Part shown: positions 1 through 11,511 of the stretch, one piece after another
How the letters are laid out: each line of letters starts with the position of its first letter
How positions within the stretch are numbered: position 1 is the stretch's first letter
Assembly (NCBI GenBank): GCA_003336485.1
Contig: QENH01000199.1
Location: 1 to 63,847, forward strand
DNA length: 63,847 nucleotides
Reading direction: 5' to 3'
Source of the DNA: Candidatus Methanophagales archaeon
GTDB taxonomy: Archaea > Halobacteriota > Syntropharchaeia > Alkanophagales > Methanospirareceae
Program-made: the position numbers and the translations under genes
Notes under the pieces: model-generated
What the model was told of the DNA's origin: nothing
Seen by the model: the letters and a program-made list of their open reading frames with translations, nothing else
Databases searched by the model: none

Positions 1-58
1 TAGGCTGACTATGAGCCCTACTTGACTACACTTTGCAGATAAGACAATCCTTAAAGAA

Positions 59-413
59 ATGAAGACAATTAATTTAGGTTATAGAGGGGGATCATATGGG
101 GGGAGTATCCCGATTGTAAAAGGAGTTCGTTTTAGAGTTGGTGCTCATAGGGGCCATATAGCAAAAGAAGACAAATTAGTTGAAACATCTCGAGGGGTTC
201 TTATCGTTACGAACAAGAGGCTTTTTTTTACATCCATTTCCGGGCCATAAACCTGTTAGTATCCCGCTCAACAAAATATTATCTTACCCTTGTTATAAAA
301 ATGGACTTGAAGTGTATAAGGAAGGTAGGGAAAAAGGCTTCTTTTTTGGATTAAATAATAGTAGTTCACCTGAACTCTTTGGTTTATGTCTTGGGTATTT
401 GTTAGGGTCATAA
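59..413 (+). pseudogene. bacterial-PH (bPH/YokE-like) domain protein, frame broken at a T8 run
   Basis: ORFs 59..250 and 180..413 overlap in different frames. Joined at the T8 run (222-229) they read ...SRGVLIVTNKRLFF/HPFPGHKPVSIPLNKILSY...GLEVYKEGREKGFFFGL, matching the GxLxxTNxRLxF ... IPLxxI pattern of bPH domains. Confidence 0.4.
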
Positions 414-467
414 CTGATGCTCTTTGAGAATTATGAAATAAAATTGGAGGTGATAAAAGAAAAACGA

Positions 468-875
468 GAAAGCACCCTTCGGGTGCAAATCAATTATAGC
501 TAAGGCTAAGCATTAGATGGTTCCAATCAGATAATTTACAACCAAAAACTTCGTTTTCTGTTGGAGGTCCCTTCTCATACCTCGCGAGTGTCATTTTTCT
601 TCCACAATTTGGACATTTTGGCGCCCATTTATTCACTTTCGTAATTTCGACATCGCGGAGGTTATCTTTTTCCGCGAGACGAAATCCCGCCCCTTAAAGT
701 TGAGATTGTCCTCGAATATGTGTCTGACCGTGAGAGGGACATCAATAGTAAGACAGAGGAAAACTATGATGAGATATGTTCCGGGTGTGAAGATGTCAGG
801 GTGCATCAGTTAGATATATTTCTGGATGGTTATAATAATTAATGCTGAGCGAACGCAGAGTTATAGTTTATATAT
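468..875. repeat. ~410-bp dispersed repeat, copy 1 (copy 2 at 46491-46905, same orientation)
   Basis: Aligns by eye along its whole length with 46491-46905, with scattered substitutions and small indels. It opens with the hairpin GCACCC-TTCG-GGTGC (472-486). The minus strand carries a decayed Zn-ribbon ORF (...DVEITKVNKWAPKCPNCGRKMTLARYEKGPPTENEVFGCKLSDW...). Confidence 0.85.
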
Positions 876-1226
876 CTCGAGAAACACTTTTCCTCGTCGC
901 TTGGATCTCTGCTACTTCATATCTCTATACCTATCACCAACCCTGCATTGGTATCGTCGTTTACTTCTTAGCCATACCACAGCTACTTGCAGCTGCTGTT
1001 TCTTTTATGCTACAGCGAATTGCACGGTAAAGGGGAAGGAGTGATTTCAATCCCGCCCTTCTATCATACGCAGGAGCCACAATAGGCGTCGTAATCGGTA
1101 CAGATTTGATCTTCAATTGCTATCGTGACGTTTGAGTCAACAAGAACAAAAACAGAAAACCTTTTTATATGTCTGTGTGCTTAGTAATCTCACAGACCGG
1201 TAAAATAGCGGCGAAAGGTGTAATAA

Positions 1227-2306
1227 ATGACGGCTAAAGGCATTTGGGGAAGTTTCTCTGCCATTTTGGCTTTATGTGTTATCTTGCTTGCTGTGTCGCC
1301 TTCTATGGCAGGTGCATGTCCCACGGGAGTTGGCTGTGGGTGCAGTGATGATGCCGCCTTTGGTGCGGCCCTTAGCGCAGGCATGAAGGTCCCTAATGTC
1401 GAAAGCGGAATGCCGGCAAACTTAGATGTTAGCAAGCACGAGATGTTGACATACACAAACGCGGAATACGACTTTACAATTGGATATCTTCGTGATTGGA
1501 CCGTGCAGGGAGACATTTTGGACACTGAGGTGATATTATCCGGGCCGATAGTGGATGGCTACATGATAAACGCGAACGTAATAACAGTAGAACTACCAGC
1601 AGAGATGACGACATACGAATATGCAAAAGCTGGCAGAGAGCAGTTTCCTGAAGTATGGGTAATTGTTGATACATTCAACGGCACAATTTCGAATGGCGAA
1701 CCTGTTTCGGGGCATATAATTACAACCACAACGGGAGAAGGGATTGAGGTTAAACATAGGCAAGCATGTCTCGTTCGTAATACGACGGCTTATGTAATTG
1801 GTTTCACTGCTGCATCGAGTACATTTGACGCGGCAGAATCGGATTACTTTGTGCCTATGTTACAAAGCTTTAAATACATAGAAGACGTGGCTGGGGTAGA
1901 GATTTCGATAACAAACCCTTCTGAGGTCTTGGAAGGTGGAAAATTCACTGCGATTGTAACCCTAGATGATAGTACAGACCTCTCAATATTTCTGTTTAAG
2001 CTGAACTATGATCCTTCGGTCATAGCGTTAACCGAAGTCGAAGAGGGATTTGATAGCGCAACCGCTAGTAGCTATACTTGGCTGAGCTGGGGAGATAAAG
2101 GCACAAGGCAAATTGTCGCTTACTCGGATACATTGGGCACTCTAGTAAACGGATCTGCGGAACTAGTAAGGCTTGAGTTCGATATTGTTGGACGCGCAGG
2201 AGAACAAAGCGTTCTTGATATTCAAGGAATTATTGGTGATTCCGCTATGAAGCAAATAGAAACGATATGGGTGGACTCAGAGGTTACCATCACGCCCGAA
2301 GAATAG
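1227..2306 (+). CDS. secreted protein with C-terminal cohesin-like domain
   Basis: N-terminal signal/anchor (WGSFSAILALCVILLAVSPSMAGA). C-terminal segment FTAIVTLDDSTDLSIFLFKLNYDPSVIALTEVEEG...ELVRLEFDIVGRAGEQSVLDIQG resembles the cohesin fold signature. Confidence 0.65.
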   Translation: MTAKGIWGSFSAILALCVILLAVSPSMAGACPTGVGCGCSDDAAFGAALSAGMKVPNVESGMPANLDVSKHEMLTYTNAEYDFTIGYLRDWTVQGDILDTEVILSGPIVDGYMINANVITVELPAEMTTYEYAKAGREQFPEVWVIVDTFNGTISNGEPVSGHIITTTTGEGIEVKHRQACLVRNTTAYVIGFTAASSTFDAAESDYFVPMLQSFKYIEDVAGVEISITNPSEVLEGGKFTAIVTLDDSTDLSIFLFKLNYDPSVIALTEVEEGFDSATASSYTWLSWGDKGTRQIVAYSDTLGTLVNGSAELVRLEFDIVGRAGEQSVLDIQGIIGDSAMKQIETIWVDSEVTITPEE

Positions 2307-2689
2307 GTCTGAGAAGAGGTTCTTTGTTATGCTGTTGTTTATCGAAAATATAAAAAGATAGATGCCATACTCGTTCTTTGAACAGGTGTTCATCAAATAT
2401 AATGGTTTCAGCAATTTAGCCGGTTTTGGACTCGCGCTGAAATGTGATCTTAATAGGATCTAAGAGGTCTGTAATCACTTTACGCCAGATCATATTCCGC
2501 TCTGTATATATCTCGACCTAAGGCGACCGAAATAGCCAATAGAATGGATGATTTGCCCGTGCCGTTAGGACCAGAAATCAGATTGAGTCCCTGCTTCGGC
2601 GGTATTCACGCGTATTCGTACGACCTGGAATTTTCTAATTTTATCTCCTTCAGCCAGATGTCGGGCTCGGAGTCGGTAGATTGCGGCAT
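2300..2689 (-). pseudogene. remnant of an SMC/RecF-like (AAA_23/AAA_15-type) ATPase
   Basis: Hand translation of the minus strand gives MPQSTDSEPDIWLKEIKLENSRSYEYA*IPPKQGLNLISGPNGTGKSSILLAISVALG (Walker A, in-frame TGA), then stops. A Walker-B-like ...ETIIFDEHLF... piece follows. Not in the ORF track because it is broken. Confidence 0.45.
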
Positions 2690-2779
2690 TTTTGCGGGCT
2701 TTTTGATATAGCATTTTTACTTTGTGGAAGTTAATTGTTTAGATGAGAACATCTATTGTTATCCTAACAATACTATCGC

Positions 2780-3664
<885 letters not shown>

Positions 3665-3699
3665 GCAAATCTTCAGTCATTCTTGCCATTTACGCTCTT

Positions 3700-3957
3700 C
3701 TAACGTTTATCCATTTTGATCGTTTGTATTATATTGCTAGTGCTTTTTAGCCCATCTACGAGCCCATGAGCATAGTTTATACAGCCAAAAGCAGTGAAGA
3801 AGTCACCTTTTTTAAGGTAATACTTCGTATCTTCATAGTATCTCTTTGCGTTATCTACTACCTTTTCCTCATTGCCATCGAGCGATAAGGTCTCTAGCTC
3901 AGCGATGCTATCTTCAAAAAGTGCCACATCCTTCTTTATCCTGTCTGTTTCGTTCAT
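3700..3957 (-). CDS. DUF357-family small archaeal protein
   Basis: AKRYYEDTKYYLKKGDFFTAFGCINYAHGLVDGL matches the conserved DUF357 core (Y..D...yl..GD...A......YAhG.lD.l) as I recall it. Confidence 0.5.
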   Translation of the reverse strand: MNETDRIKKDVALFEDSIAELETLSLDGNEEKVVDNAKRYYEDTKYYLKKGDFFTAFGCINYAHGLVDGLKSTSNIIQTIKMDKR

Positions 3958-4116
3958 CCGCTCTTCTCCTTTTACAACTACAATAATAGATTGATTGATT
4001 GATTGATTGTCACAAGAAAAAATCGTAGAAGAGTTAATAAATTTGTATAACTTTTCTTTCTAACTAAGGAAAGATTTTTGATTATAGGGCGTGTAAGCAT
4101 CTAAAGCAGACCGAAA

Positions 4117-5277
4117 ATGTACCTGACAAAAGAGGAAGAGCGGATATACGAAGGAGAAGAAGGCTGGACGAAGAAGAAAGCGATGGAGATACTGGTAGCG
4201 ATCGGAGATATAAACAACGCTTCTGAGTTGATCCCAATAGCAAGCGCGCATATGTCCGGTGTATCGTACAAGACCATAGGGGATGCATTTGAATTCATAA
4301 ACCGTCTCGAAGGCAGGGTAAACGTAAAAAGCACTTTGAATCCGATGGGCATGGATAGGGAACGGTGGAATGAGATGAACATCACAAAAGAGTTCGCAGA
4401 TAAGCAAACTGCGGTATTCACAGCGTATAAAAATCTGGGCATCGCTCCCGTGTGTACCTGCATTCCCTATCTTCTGGAAGCTGGAGCGCCCCAAAAAGGT
4501 GTGCATATTGCATGGTCAGAATCATCAGCCGTTTTATATGCTAACTCGGTCCTCGGTGCGAGAACGAATATGGAAGGAGCACCTTCAGCTCTTGCTGCAG
4601 CGTTAATAGGAAAAACCCCTTTTTATGGGCTTCACCAAACAGAGAACCGAGCGCCCGAGATACGCATCTGTGCGAATTGTGACCTTGCAGATTCCGACTA
4701 TAGCGCACTCGGATTTTTAATTGGCGAACTCGTAGGCAATAGGATACCGCTAATAGAACTTCCATCTGTTCCAAGCAAAGACGAACTGAAGCATTTATCC
4801 GCAGCAATAGGTGCAACCGGGTCCGTGGGGCTGTATCATATAAGAGGACTAACACCTGAGGCATGGGACATACCCACTGAAAAAATAGTAGTAGAAGAAG
4901 GCGATGTGACTAAATTTTATGCCGTAGCAGAGGAAGCCGATGTAATCGCGATTGGATGTCCTCATTGCTCTTCTCTTGAACTCCAACAGATACATAAGCT
5001 ACTGCAGGTTGAGAGCAAAGGCAGGAAAGTGAAAAGGGATTTCTTTATATTTACCGCGAGAGCGATAAAGCAGCGCATGCAAGATCTGGTGATACAGATA
5101 GAGAGTTATGGCGTTAAGGTAATTTGCGATACATGTTTCGTGGTCTCACCTGCATTTGAGCAGTATAAGTGCGTATTGACAAACTCAGGTAAAATGATGA
5201 GATACGTGCCTCTTCTCTGTGGAGGTGCAAGAGTGAGATTGTGCAAGACAGAAGAGTGTGTTAGAGCGGCATTTTAA
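4117..5277 (+). CDS. aconitase X catalytic (large) subunit-like protein; probable phosphomevalonate dehydratase large subunit
   Basis: 386 aa. N-terminus MYLTKEEERIYEGEEGW...LIPIASAHMSGVSYKTIGDA is typical of the DUF521/AcnX catalytic domain. No small subunit gene is adjacent. Confidence 0.65.
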   Translation: MYLTKEEERIYEGEEGWTKKKAMEILVAIGDINNASELIPIASAHMSGVSYKTIGDAFEFINRLEGRVNVKSTLNPMGMDRERWNEMNITKEFADKQTAVFTAYKNLGIAPVCTCIPYLLEAGAPQKGVHIAWSESSAVLYANSVLGARTNMEGAPSALAAALIGKTPFYGLHQTENRAPEIRICANCDLADSDYSALGFLIGELVGNRIPLIELPSVPSKDELKHLSAAIGATGSVGLYHIRGLTPEAWDIPTEKIVVEEGDVTKFYAVAEEADVIAIGCPHCSSLELQQIHKLLQVESKGRKVKRDFFIFTARAIKQRMQDLVIQIESYGVKVICDTCFVVSPAFEQYKCVLTNSGKMMRYVPLLCGGARVRLCKTEECVRAAF

Positions 5278-5343
5278 AATCAGAGATGGTTTATATAATC
5301 CTATTTTTATTCTAACTTTAACTAACTTCAGTACAGAGATAAG

Positions 5344-6291
5344 ATGGCAAAAAGACACAGACCAAGGAGAGGGTCGCTTGCCTTTACACCAAGGAAGCGA
5401 GCAAGAAGTGAGATTTGTAGGATAAAGAGAGAAACGATAGTTGATGGAGGGAATATACAGGGCTTTGCCGGTTATAAAGCCGGGATGACCCACATTATTC
5501 TGACCGATAACGTCACCCATAGCATAACAAAGGGGATGGAAATATCTATTCCTGTGACAGTAATAGAGACGCCGCCTATGCGGGTAGAGGGATTTCGGCT
5601 TTATAAGACTACGCACTACGGTAAGCAGACGGTAACGGAGGCATATGACGACCTTAGTAAAATCGAAGAACGAATAAAGAGTAATAATACGGGACTTGAG
5701 TTGCGTATGATTTCTTCCACATTGCCCAAAGTTGTGAATGGCGTGCCGAAGAAGAAGCAGGAAGTGATGGAGACGCAGATGGGTGGCGATATAGGTAAAG
5801 ACCTAGAATACGCAAAAGAAATGCTAGGGAAGGAGATAACTGCGAAGGATATATTTAACGAAGGTGATTTTGTGGATGCCACTGCAGTAACCAAGGGTAA
5901 GGGCACACAGGGGCCCGTAAAAAGGTGGGGGATTACCATTCAGAACGCAAAGGCGCGAAGATCGGGAAAAGGCCGCCATGTTGGTGCTATCGGTGGTTGG
6001 ACGCCTCGTAGGGTGAGGTGGCGAGTACCGCAGCTTGGACAGACTGGGTATCAGCAGCGGACAGAATATAATAAGCGGATAGTGAAAATAGGCGAAAATG
6101 GGGAAGAGATAACGCCAAAAGGGGGTTTCCTGAATTATGGTGTCGTGAGAAATGATTATGTTCTACTAAAAGGCAGCGTTCCAGGACCTAAAAAGCGACT
6201 TGTGCGACTTTCTCGAGCTATTAGAGCCCCTCCTAAATTGGATGCGCCAGACATAGTGTATATAAGCAAGGAGTCACAACAGGGGGGATAA
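5344..6291 (+). CDS. rpl3: 50S ribosomal protein uL3
   Basis: MAKRHRPRRGSLAFTPRKRA..., ...TKGKGTQGPVKRWG...; first gene of the conserved archaeal L3-L4-L23-L2 cluster. Confidence 0.97.
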   Translation: MAKRHRPRRGSLAFTPRKRARSEICRIKRETIVDGGNIQGFAGYKAGMTHIILTDNVTHSITKGMEISIPVTVIETPPMRVEGFRLYKTTHYGKQTVTEAYDDLSKIEERIKSNNTGLELRMISSTLPKVVNGVPKKKQEVMETQMGGDIGKDLEYAKEMLGKEITAKDIFNEGDFVDATAVTKGKGTQGPVKRWGITIQNAKARRSGKGRHVGAIGGWTPRRVRWRVPQLGQTGYQQRTEYNKRIVKIGENGEEITPKGGFLNYGVVRNDYVLLKGSVPGPKKRLVRLSRAIRAPPKLDAPDIVYISKESQQGG

Positions 6292-6304
6292 TGAGACGAT
6301 AGAA

Positions 6305-7111
6305 ATGAAAGGAGAACTAAAGGGTAAAGTGGTGGACTTATCAGGTAACTTTGTAAGGGATATCGATCTTCCGCTACTATTCATGGAAGAATACAGGCCT
6401 GACTTGATAAAGAACGCAGTGCTGGCAATGCAATCAAATAGGCTGCAGCCAAAAGGTACAGACCTTTTATCAGGGCGAAAGACATCTGCAGAGAATTGGG
6501 GTCCTGGCAGAGCCGTTGCCAGAGTTCCACGTATAAAGGATGGACGGAGAGCGGCAAAGGTGCCTCAAGCGGTTGGCGGTAGAAGAGCACATCCGCCAAA
6601 AGTTGAGAAGAACCTGAAGCGGAAAATAAATAGGAAAGAACGGCAGAAAGCGATAAAATCGGCTATAGCAGCCGCTATAGATCCGGAACTCGTAAGAGGG
6701 CGTGGTCATAGGTTTAATACAGATGTAGAACTGCCGATTGTTGTAGAGGATTCGTTTGCAAGCCTTGAAAAGACCTCGGAGGTAACGGAATTTTTTAAAT
6801 CTGTGGGCGTGTGGGCAGACTTACTGCGTGCAAAAGGCCGTAAAATACGGGCAGGTAGAGGGAAGATGCGGGGCAGAAGGTATAAGACAAAAAAGAGCAT
6901 TTTGATTGTCATTTCGGGTGATGAGGGAACAGTAGAGTCCGAACATTCATCGAGTGATAAACGGATATTGAAAGGCGCGGAAAATTTACCGGGTGTTGAT
7001 ATATCATACGTGTCAAAGCTAAATGCTGAATTGTTTGCTCCTGGAACGCATCCGGGCAGATTGACCATCTGGACAGAATCTTCCATAAACAAGCTTGCCG
7101 CAATGGAGTGA
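6305..7111 (+). CDS. rpl4: 50S ribosomal protein uL4
   Basis: Position after rpl3. GPGRAVARVPRIKDGRRAAKVPQAVGGRRAHPPK motif region. Confidence 0.95.
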   Translation: MKGELKGKVVDLSGNFVRDIDLPLLFMEEYRPDLIKNAVLAMQSNRLQPKGTDLLSGRKTSAENWGPGRAVARVPRIKDGRRAAKVPQAVGGRRAHPPKVEKNLKRKINRKERQKAIKSAIAAAIDPELVRGRGHRFNTDVELPIVVEDSFASLEKTSEVTEFFKSVGVWADLLRAKGRKIRAGRGKMRGRRYKTKKSILIVISGDEGTVESEHSSSDKRILKGAENLPGVDISYVSKLNAELFAPGTHPGRLTIWTESSINKLAAME

Positions 7112-7117
7112 TAAGAA

Positions 7118-7366
7118 ATGGTGCTAAAACATATACTTCCAAGTGAAAAAGCAACTTTGATGATAGATGCGGAGAATAAGCTCCAGTTTGTTGTGGATTT
7201 ACGAGCTAATAAGATAGAGATAGAGCGAGAAGTGGAAATAGTATTTGAGACACCGGTGAAAAGCGTGAGGACAATGATATCCTCGAAAGGGAAGAAGAAA
7301 GCGATAATAGAATTTGTGGATGAAGGCAAGGCAAAAGAAGTAGGTACTTCACTGGGTATATTATAA
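7118..7366 (+). CDS. rpl23: 50S ribosomal protein uL23
   Basis: 82 aa, located between rpl4 and rpl2. [36 protein letters not shown]. Confidence 0.93.
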   Translation: MVLKHILPSEKATLMIDAENKLQFVVDLRANKIEIEREVEIVFETPVKSVRTMISSKGKKKAIIEFVDEGKAKEVGTSLGIL

Positions 7367-7383
7367 TAGTAGAAATAAGAAAA

Positions 7384-8115
7384 ATGGGAAAAAGGATAAT
7401 AGCGCAGCGGAGAGGGAAAGGGTCTTCCACGTTTAGGGCACCTTCGCATCGTTATAAAGGTAATCTCGAACACGTGAGGGTGAAGAAGAATGAGACGGTA
7501 TCCTATAGAATCGTGGAAATAGTACATGATCCTGCAAGGAGTGCCCCTATAGCACTTATAAAGCCAAAAGACGAGAACGGGGAGGGTGTTGAGCGTTTTA
7601 TAGTTGTACCTGAGGGTCTTGGCGTAGGTGACGAGGTATGTTACGGTGAATCAGCCGAGATAAAAGCAGGCAATACAATACCAATTCGGAACATTCCAGA
7701 AGGAATCATGATTTGCAATTTAGAGTTAAGATTAAATGACGGTGGTAAGATCGCAAGGTCTTCAGGTGATTGTGCAACGTTGTTAGCACATGAGCATGAG
7801 ACCGGAAGATCACAGATCCTATTACCTAGTGGGCAGAAGAAATGGCTATCATCAGACTGTTTTGCAACTATCGGTGTAGTTGCAGGTGGTGGACGTACAG
7901 AAAAGCCGTTTGTAAAAGCGGGAAAGAAATATCATAAGATGAAGGCACGTGCAGCAAAATATCCGATAGTGCGAGGAGTAGCTATGAATCCCGTTGACCA
8001 TCCTTTTGGTGGTGGCGCGCATCAGCACGTTGGTAAGCCCAAAACACCAAGCCGAGGTGCACCACCGGGAAGGAAAGTTGGGAGCATAGCGGCAAAACGA
8101 ACCGGAAAGAGGTGA
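7384..8115 (+). CDS. rpl2: 50S ribosomal protein uL2
   Basis: [26 protein letters not shown]...[22 protein letters not shown]. Confidence 0.97.
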   Translation: MGKRIIAQRRGKGSSTFRAPSHRYKGNLEHVRVKKNETVSYRIVEIVHDPARSAPIALIKPKDENGEGVERFIVVPEGLGVGDEVCYGESAEIKAGNTIPIRNIPEGIMICNLELRLNDGGKIARSSGDCATLLAHEHETGRSQILLPSGQKKWLSSDCFATIGVVAGGGRTEKPFVKAGKKYHKMKARAAKYPIVRGVAMNPVDHPFGGGAHQHVGKPKTPSRGAPPGRKVGSIAAKRTGKR

Positions 8116-8119
8116 TCTA

Positions 8120-8536
8120 ATGGCGAAGAAGAAATCTAAAACAACATTGAAGAAGAAGGAAGAAGAATTCAAATATAGAGGGTATACGATGGCAAAGCTA
8201 AAGAAGATGAAGCTTGAAGAGTTGGCCAATTTTTTATGTGCAAAACAGCGAAGGAAATTAAAGCGGACTTTGCGACCTGAAGAAGAGAAACTGCTGGAGG
8301 CAGTTAGTTCAGGTCAGGATGACATAAAGACACATCTAAGAGATGCTATCGTTTTGCCAAGTATGATCGGGAAGAATATAGGGATACACAATGGAAAAAG
8401 CTTTGAATACGTTGAGATAAAGCCAGAGATGATAGGACATTATTTGGGTGAGTTTGCATTGACACGAAAGAAAGTATCACATGGAGCTGCGGGAGTAGGG
8501 GCGACAAAGTCTTCAAAGTATGTACCGCTGAAATAA
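8120..8536 (+). CDS. rps19: 30S ribosomal protein uS19
   Basis: FKYRGYTMAKLKKMKLEEL...IGIHNGKSFEYVEIKPEMIGHYLGEFALTRK. Confidence 0.96.
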   Translation: MAKKKSKTTLKKKEEEFKYRGYTMAKLKKMKLEELANFLCAKQRRKLKRTLRPEEEKLLEAVSSGQDDIKTHLRDAIVLPSMIGKNIGIHNGKSFEYVEIKPEMIGHYLGEFALTRKKVSHGAAGVGATKSSKYVPLK

Positions 8537-8541
8537 GTGAA

Positions 8542-9012
8542 ATGGGTCGGGTAAAATATTGCACGGAAAACGTAATTGATCCGGAGACGACAGCTAGGGC
8601 CATGGCTTATGAACTCCATATATCGCCTAAGCATGCGAATGAAGTGTGCAGAGCGATAAAGGGTAAGAATGTAGGGGCTGCAGAGATATATCTGGAGGAT
8701 GTGCTTGGAATGAAGGTGGCAGTCCCATTCAAGCGCTATAAGAGGAAAGTTGGACATCGTAGGGGGCTAAATAAATGGTATGCGGGGAGATATCCCGTAA
8801 GGGCAACCGCGGCGATATTAAAATTGCTACGTGATGCAAAGGGCAGTGCTGAGTACAAAGGGCTTGACCTTGATCTAATGCGTGTGTGGCATGTGGCCAC
8901 GAAGAAGGGACGTACAATTCATGGAATAATGCCTCGTGCTTTTGGTCGTGCTACGCCCAAGAATACGGAGACCGTCACTGTTGAGATAGTGCTAAAGGAA
9001 GTGGGAGGCTAG
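8542..9012 (+). CDS. rpl22: 50S ribosomal protein uL22
   Basis: ARAMAYELHISPKHANEVCRAIKGKNV...PFKRYKRKVGHRRG; conserved position. Confidence 0.95.
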   Translation: MGRVKYCTENVIDPETTARAMAYELHISPKHANEVCRAIKGKNVGAAEIYLEDVLGMKVAVPFKRYKRKVGHRRGLNKWYAGRYPVRATAAILKLLRDAKGSAEYKGLDLDLMRVWHVATKKGRTIHGIMPRAFGRATPKNTETVTVEIVLKEVGG

Positions 9013-9021
9013 TAGAAGAAA

Positions 9022-9918
9022 GTGATAGAGAAGATATTTGTGGAAGAAGGGATAAAGAAAGTTCGGATGGACGAATATTTCCAGAAAGAGTTAGAAAGAG
9101 CGGGTTATGGGGGTATGGATATAAAAAGGACCCCTATGGGCACGCAGATAACGGTCCATGTTGAGAAGCCGGGAATGATAATAGGTAAGAATGGTAAGCG
9201 AATAAAAAAGGTGACCGATGAAATAACAAAGAGACAAGAGCTGGATAATCCACAAATAGATGTTCAACCTATAGCAGCGCCTGAGCTAAGTGCGCAATTG
9301 ATGTCTAATAGACTTGCAAAGCTAATAGAGCGAGGTTGGCATTTCAGAAGGGCTGGGCGGTCAACTCTGCAACGTATAATGGGTGCAGGAGCACTTGGCT
9401 GTGAGATCACCATGTCTGGAAAGCTTAGAGGACCGCGTGGCCGTGTGGAGAAGATGGTAGAGGGCTATATAAAACACTGTGGTTCTGTAGCTGAGGAAAT
9501 AGTGGACAAGGGGTATTCTATAGCGAAGAAAAAGACAGGCGTTATAGGTGTCATGATTTGGATAGTAGCGCCCGATGCGAATATACCCGATTCCTTTCGC
9601 ATGGATGTTGTAAAAGTGGCGGGTTTGGAAGAAGCAAAGGTCGAAGAGGCAAAGGTTAAAGAAGCAAAGGTGGAAGAAGCAAAGGTGGAAGAAGCAAAGG
9701 TGGAAGAAGCAAAGGTCGAGGAGGTAAAGGTGGAAGAAGTAAAGGTGGAAGAAGTAAAGGTTAAAGAAGCAAAGGTGGAAGAAGCAAAGGTGGAAGAAGC
9801 AAAGGTTGAAGAGGTAAAGGCTGAAGAAGTAAAGGTGGAAGAAGCAAAGGTCGAGGAGGTAAAGGTGGAAGAATCGAAATTAAAAGTTGAAGGAGCGAAA
9901 GAGAAAGAGGAAGAATGA
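9022..9918 (+). CDS. rps3: 30S ribosomal protein uS3 with long C-terminal (EEAKV)n extension
   Basis: GTG start. KH-domain core ([33 protein letters not shown]), then 17 pentapeptide [10 protein letters not shown] units. Confidence 0.95.
   Translation: MIEKIFVEEGIKKVRMDEYFQKELERAGYGGMDIKRTPMGTQITVHVEKPGMIIGKNGKRIKKVTDEITKRQELDNPQIDVQPIAAPELSAQLMSNRLAKLIERGWHFRRAGRSTLQRIMGAGALGCEITMSGKLRGPRGRVEKMVEGYIKHCGSVAEEIVDKGYSIAKKKTGVIGVMIWIVAPDANIPDSFRMDVVKVAGLEEAKVEEAKVKEAKVEEAKVEEAKVEEAKVEEVKVEEVKVEEVKVKEAKVEEAKVEEAKVEEVKAEEVKVEEAKVEEVKVEESKLKVEGAKEKEEE
9626..9872 (+). repeat. 15-bp tandem repeat (about 17 units, consensus gaagaagcaaaggtg) inside rps3
   Basis: Read directly in the sequence. Units differ mainly at the A/V codon and at wobble positions. 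Confidence 0.95.
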
Positions 9919-10127
9919 GTATATTTAGGATGGAAGAGATAAGAAGGATGGGCGAACAGGAGCGGCAGGATGAATTGGAGAGTTTGGTGAGTGATTTGTT
10001 ACATGAACGAGGGATGATAGCCACAGGTGGAGCGCCTGATAATCCTGGTAGGATCGGAGAGATAAGAAAGGCAATAGCGAGGATAAAAACCGTTCAAGGA
10101 GAAAAGGGAAGAGAAGAAGAGAAATGA
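9915..10127 (+). CDS. rpl29: 50S ribosomal protein uL29
   Basis: 70 aa, 4-nt overlap with rps3. [24 protein letters not shown]... is typical of L29. Confidence 0.93.
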   Translation: MSIFRMEEIRRMGEQERQDELESLVSDLLHERGMIATGGAPDNPGRIGEIRKAIARIKTVQGEKGREEEK

Positions 10128-10429
10128 ACATGGAGGTTTGTCCTAAATGTGGATTGCCAAAAGACTTATGCATATGCAAGGAGATCGCGAAGGAGCAGCA
10201 AGTAGTAAAAGTATTTACAGTGAGACGGAAATTCGGTAAATTTGCTACGATAATAGAGGGAATGGATGGGAAAGAAGTGGACTTGAAAGCGCTGTCGAAG
10301 GAGTTAAAGTCGATATGTGCGTGTGGTGGCACGGTAAAAACAGGCTGCGTTGAATTGCAGGGAGACCAGAAAGAACTAGTAAAGAAGACGCTGCGCGAAA
10401 TGGGCTATACGTTAGGGAGTAAAAGATAA
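10124..10429 (+). CDS. translation initiation factor aSUI1 (eIF1 homologue)
   Basis: N-terminal [13 protein letters not shown] knuckle plus the SUI1 core ([14 protein letters not shown]...[12 protein letters not shown]...ELQGDQ). Confidence 0.9.
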   Translation: MNMEVCPKCGLPKDLCICKEIAKEQQVVKVFTVRRKFGKFATIIEGMDGKEVDLKALSKELKSICACGGTVKTGCVELQGDQKELVKKTLREMGYTLGSKR

Positions 10430-10702
10430 ATGATGAACATAACTCAGCACAATATATTGCAGCACGAACTGATAGGGTTGCAAGCAGAAATTGGGGCGAG
10501 TACGAATAATAGCATGATGGGGCTCTGTGGGGCGGTGGTTGACGAGACGCGGAATATGCTGGTTATAGAGACAGAGCGAAAGAATGAGAAGTGGATAGCA
10601 AAAGCAGGAAACACATTCATTTTTGAGTTGGGCGGTGGAGTACGTGTGCGAGTAAAAGGTGATCGGATCGTTTCAAGACCCGAAGATAGGATAAAGAAGT
10701 GA
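10430..10702 (+). CDS. rnp1: RNase P protein component 1 (Rpp29/Pop4)
   Basis: HELIGLQAEIGASTNNSMMGLCGAVVDETRNMLVIE; canonical archaeal position between SUI1/L29 and S17. Confidence 0.85.
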   Translation: MMNITQHNILQHELIGLQAEIGASTNNSMMGLCGAVVDETRNMLVIETERKNEKWIAKAGNTFIFELGGGVRVRVKGDRIVSRPEDRIKK

Positions 10703-10737
10703 ATATGCAAGGTTACATATTATGAGGTATTATTAAG

Positions 10738-11061
10738 ATGCGAAACATAGGAATAGAAGTCAAGAATCCTGATAAGGACTGTGAAGATGTCAATTGTCCG
10801 TTTCATGGCACGTTGCCGGTAAGAGGACAGGTTTTAGAAGGCATGGTGATAAGTGCTAAAGCGCAGAAGACAGTTGTTGTTTTGAGGACATACCTAAAAA
10901 AGATAAGGAAATATGAGCGGTATGAACCTCGGCGATCGAAGATTTCTGCACATAATCCCTCCTGTATAAATGCAAAAGTGGGGGATGTGGTGAAGATAGC
11001 GGAATGCAGACCACTGAGTAAGACGAAAAGTTTTGTGGTGGTAGAAAAGCGAGCATCATGA
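10738..11061 (+). CDS. rps17: 30S ribosomal protein uS17
   Basis: [34 protein letters not shown]...[20 protein letters not shown]. Confidence 0.95.
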   Translation: MRNIGIEVKNPDKDCEDVNCPFHGTLPVRGQVLEGMVISAKAQKTVVVLRTYLKKIRKYERYEPRRSKISAHNPSCINAKVGDVVKIAECRPLSKTKSFVVVEKRAS

Positions 11062-11103
11062 TTTTTTTATATTTAACGCTAAAAGACATATCGAGGTAGT
11101 AGT

Positions 11104-11502
11104 ATGAAGGGAATAAAAGCAAAGATAACAAAGGCATTGCCTACTGGTGCACGTTTAGACTGCGTGGATAATACTGGTGCGAAGGTGTTGCAGATAATAG
11201 CGGTAAAAGGATACCGTGGTGTGAAGAACAGATACCCAAAGGCAGGAATTGGGGACGTGGTGATAGTATCAGTGAAAAAGGGGAGACCAGAAATAAAGAA
11301 GCAGATAGTGCGGGCAGTGATAGTGCGGCAGCGTAAGGAGTTCCGGCGACCTTCGGGGCTGCGCGTGAAGTTTGAGGATAATGCTGCGGTTATTGTGGAT
11401 GAGAAAGGTATGCCAACGGGTTCAGAGATAAGGGGGCCTGTTGCACGGGAAGCGGTGGAGCGGTTCGCGAAGATAGCCTCGGCTGCAACGATAATCGTTT
11501 GA
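11104..11502 (+). CDS. rpl14: 50S ribosomal protein uL14
   Basis: [22 protein letters not shown]...[11 protein letters not shown]...[13 protein letters not shown]. Confidence 0.97.
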   Translation: MKGIKAKITKALPTGARLDCVDNTGAKVLQIIAVKGYRGVKNRYPKAGIGDVVIVSVKKGRPEIKKQIVRAVIVRQRKEFRRPSGLRVKFEDNAAVIVDEKGMPTGSEIRGPVAREAVERFAKIASAATIIV

Positions 11503-11511
11503 TCTGGCAAG

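Noticed and set aside
6706-7527. 273-aa ORF on the minus strand spanning rpl4-rpl23-rpl2
   Set aside because: It is antisense to three highly conserved ribosomal protein genes. Its low-complexity translation and lack of motifs mark it as a typical shadow ORF.
9626-9872. Tandem repeats considered as a CRISPR array (likewise the 10-nt iteron-like units near 51 kb)
   Set aside because: The units are 15 bp (or 10 bp) with no spacers. The 15-bp array is in frame within rps3. No cas genes are present.
9761-10024. 87-aa minus-strand ORF rich in PLLL repeats
   Set aside because: It is the antisense reading of the 15-bp rps3 tandem repeat.
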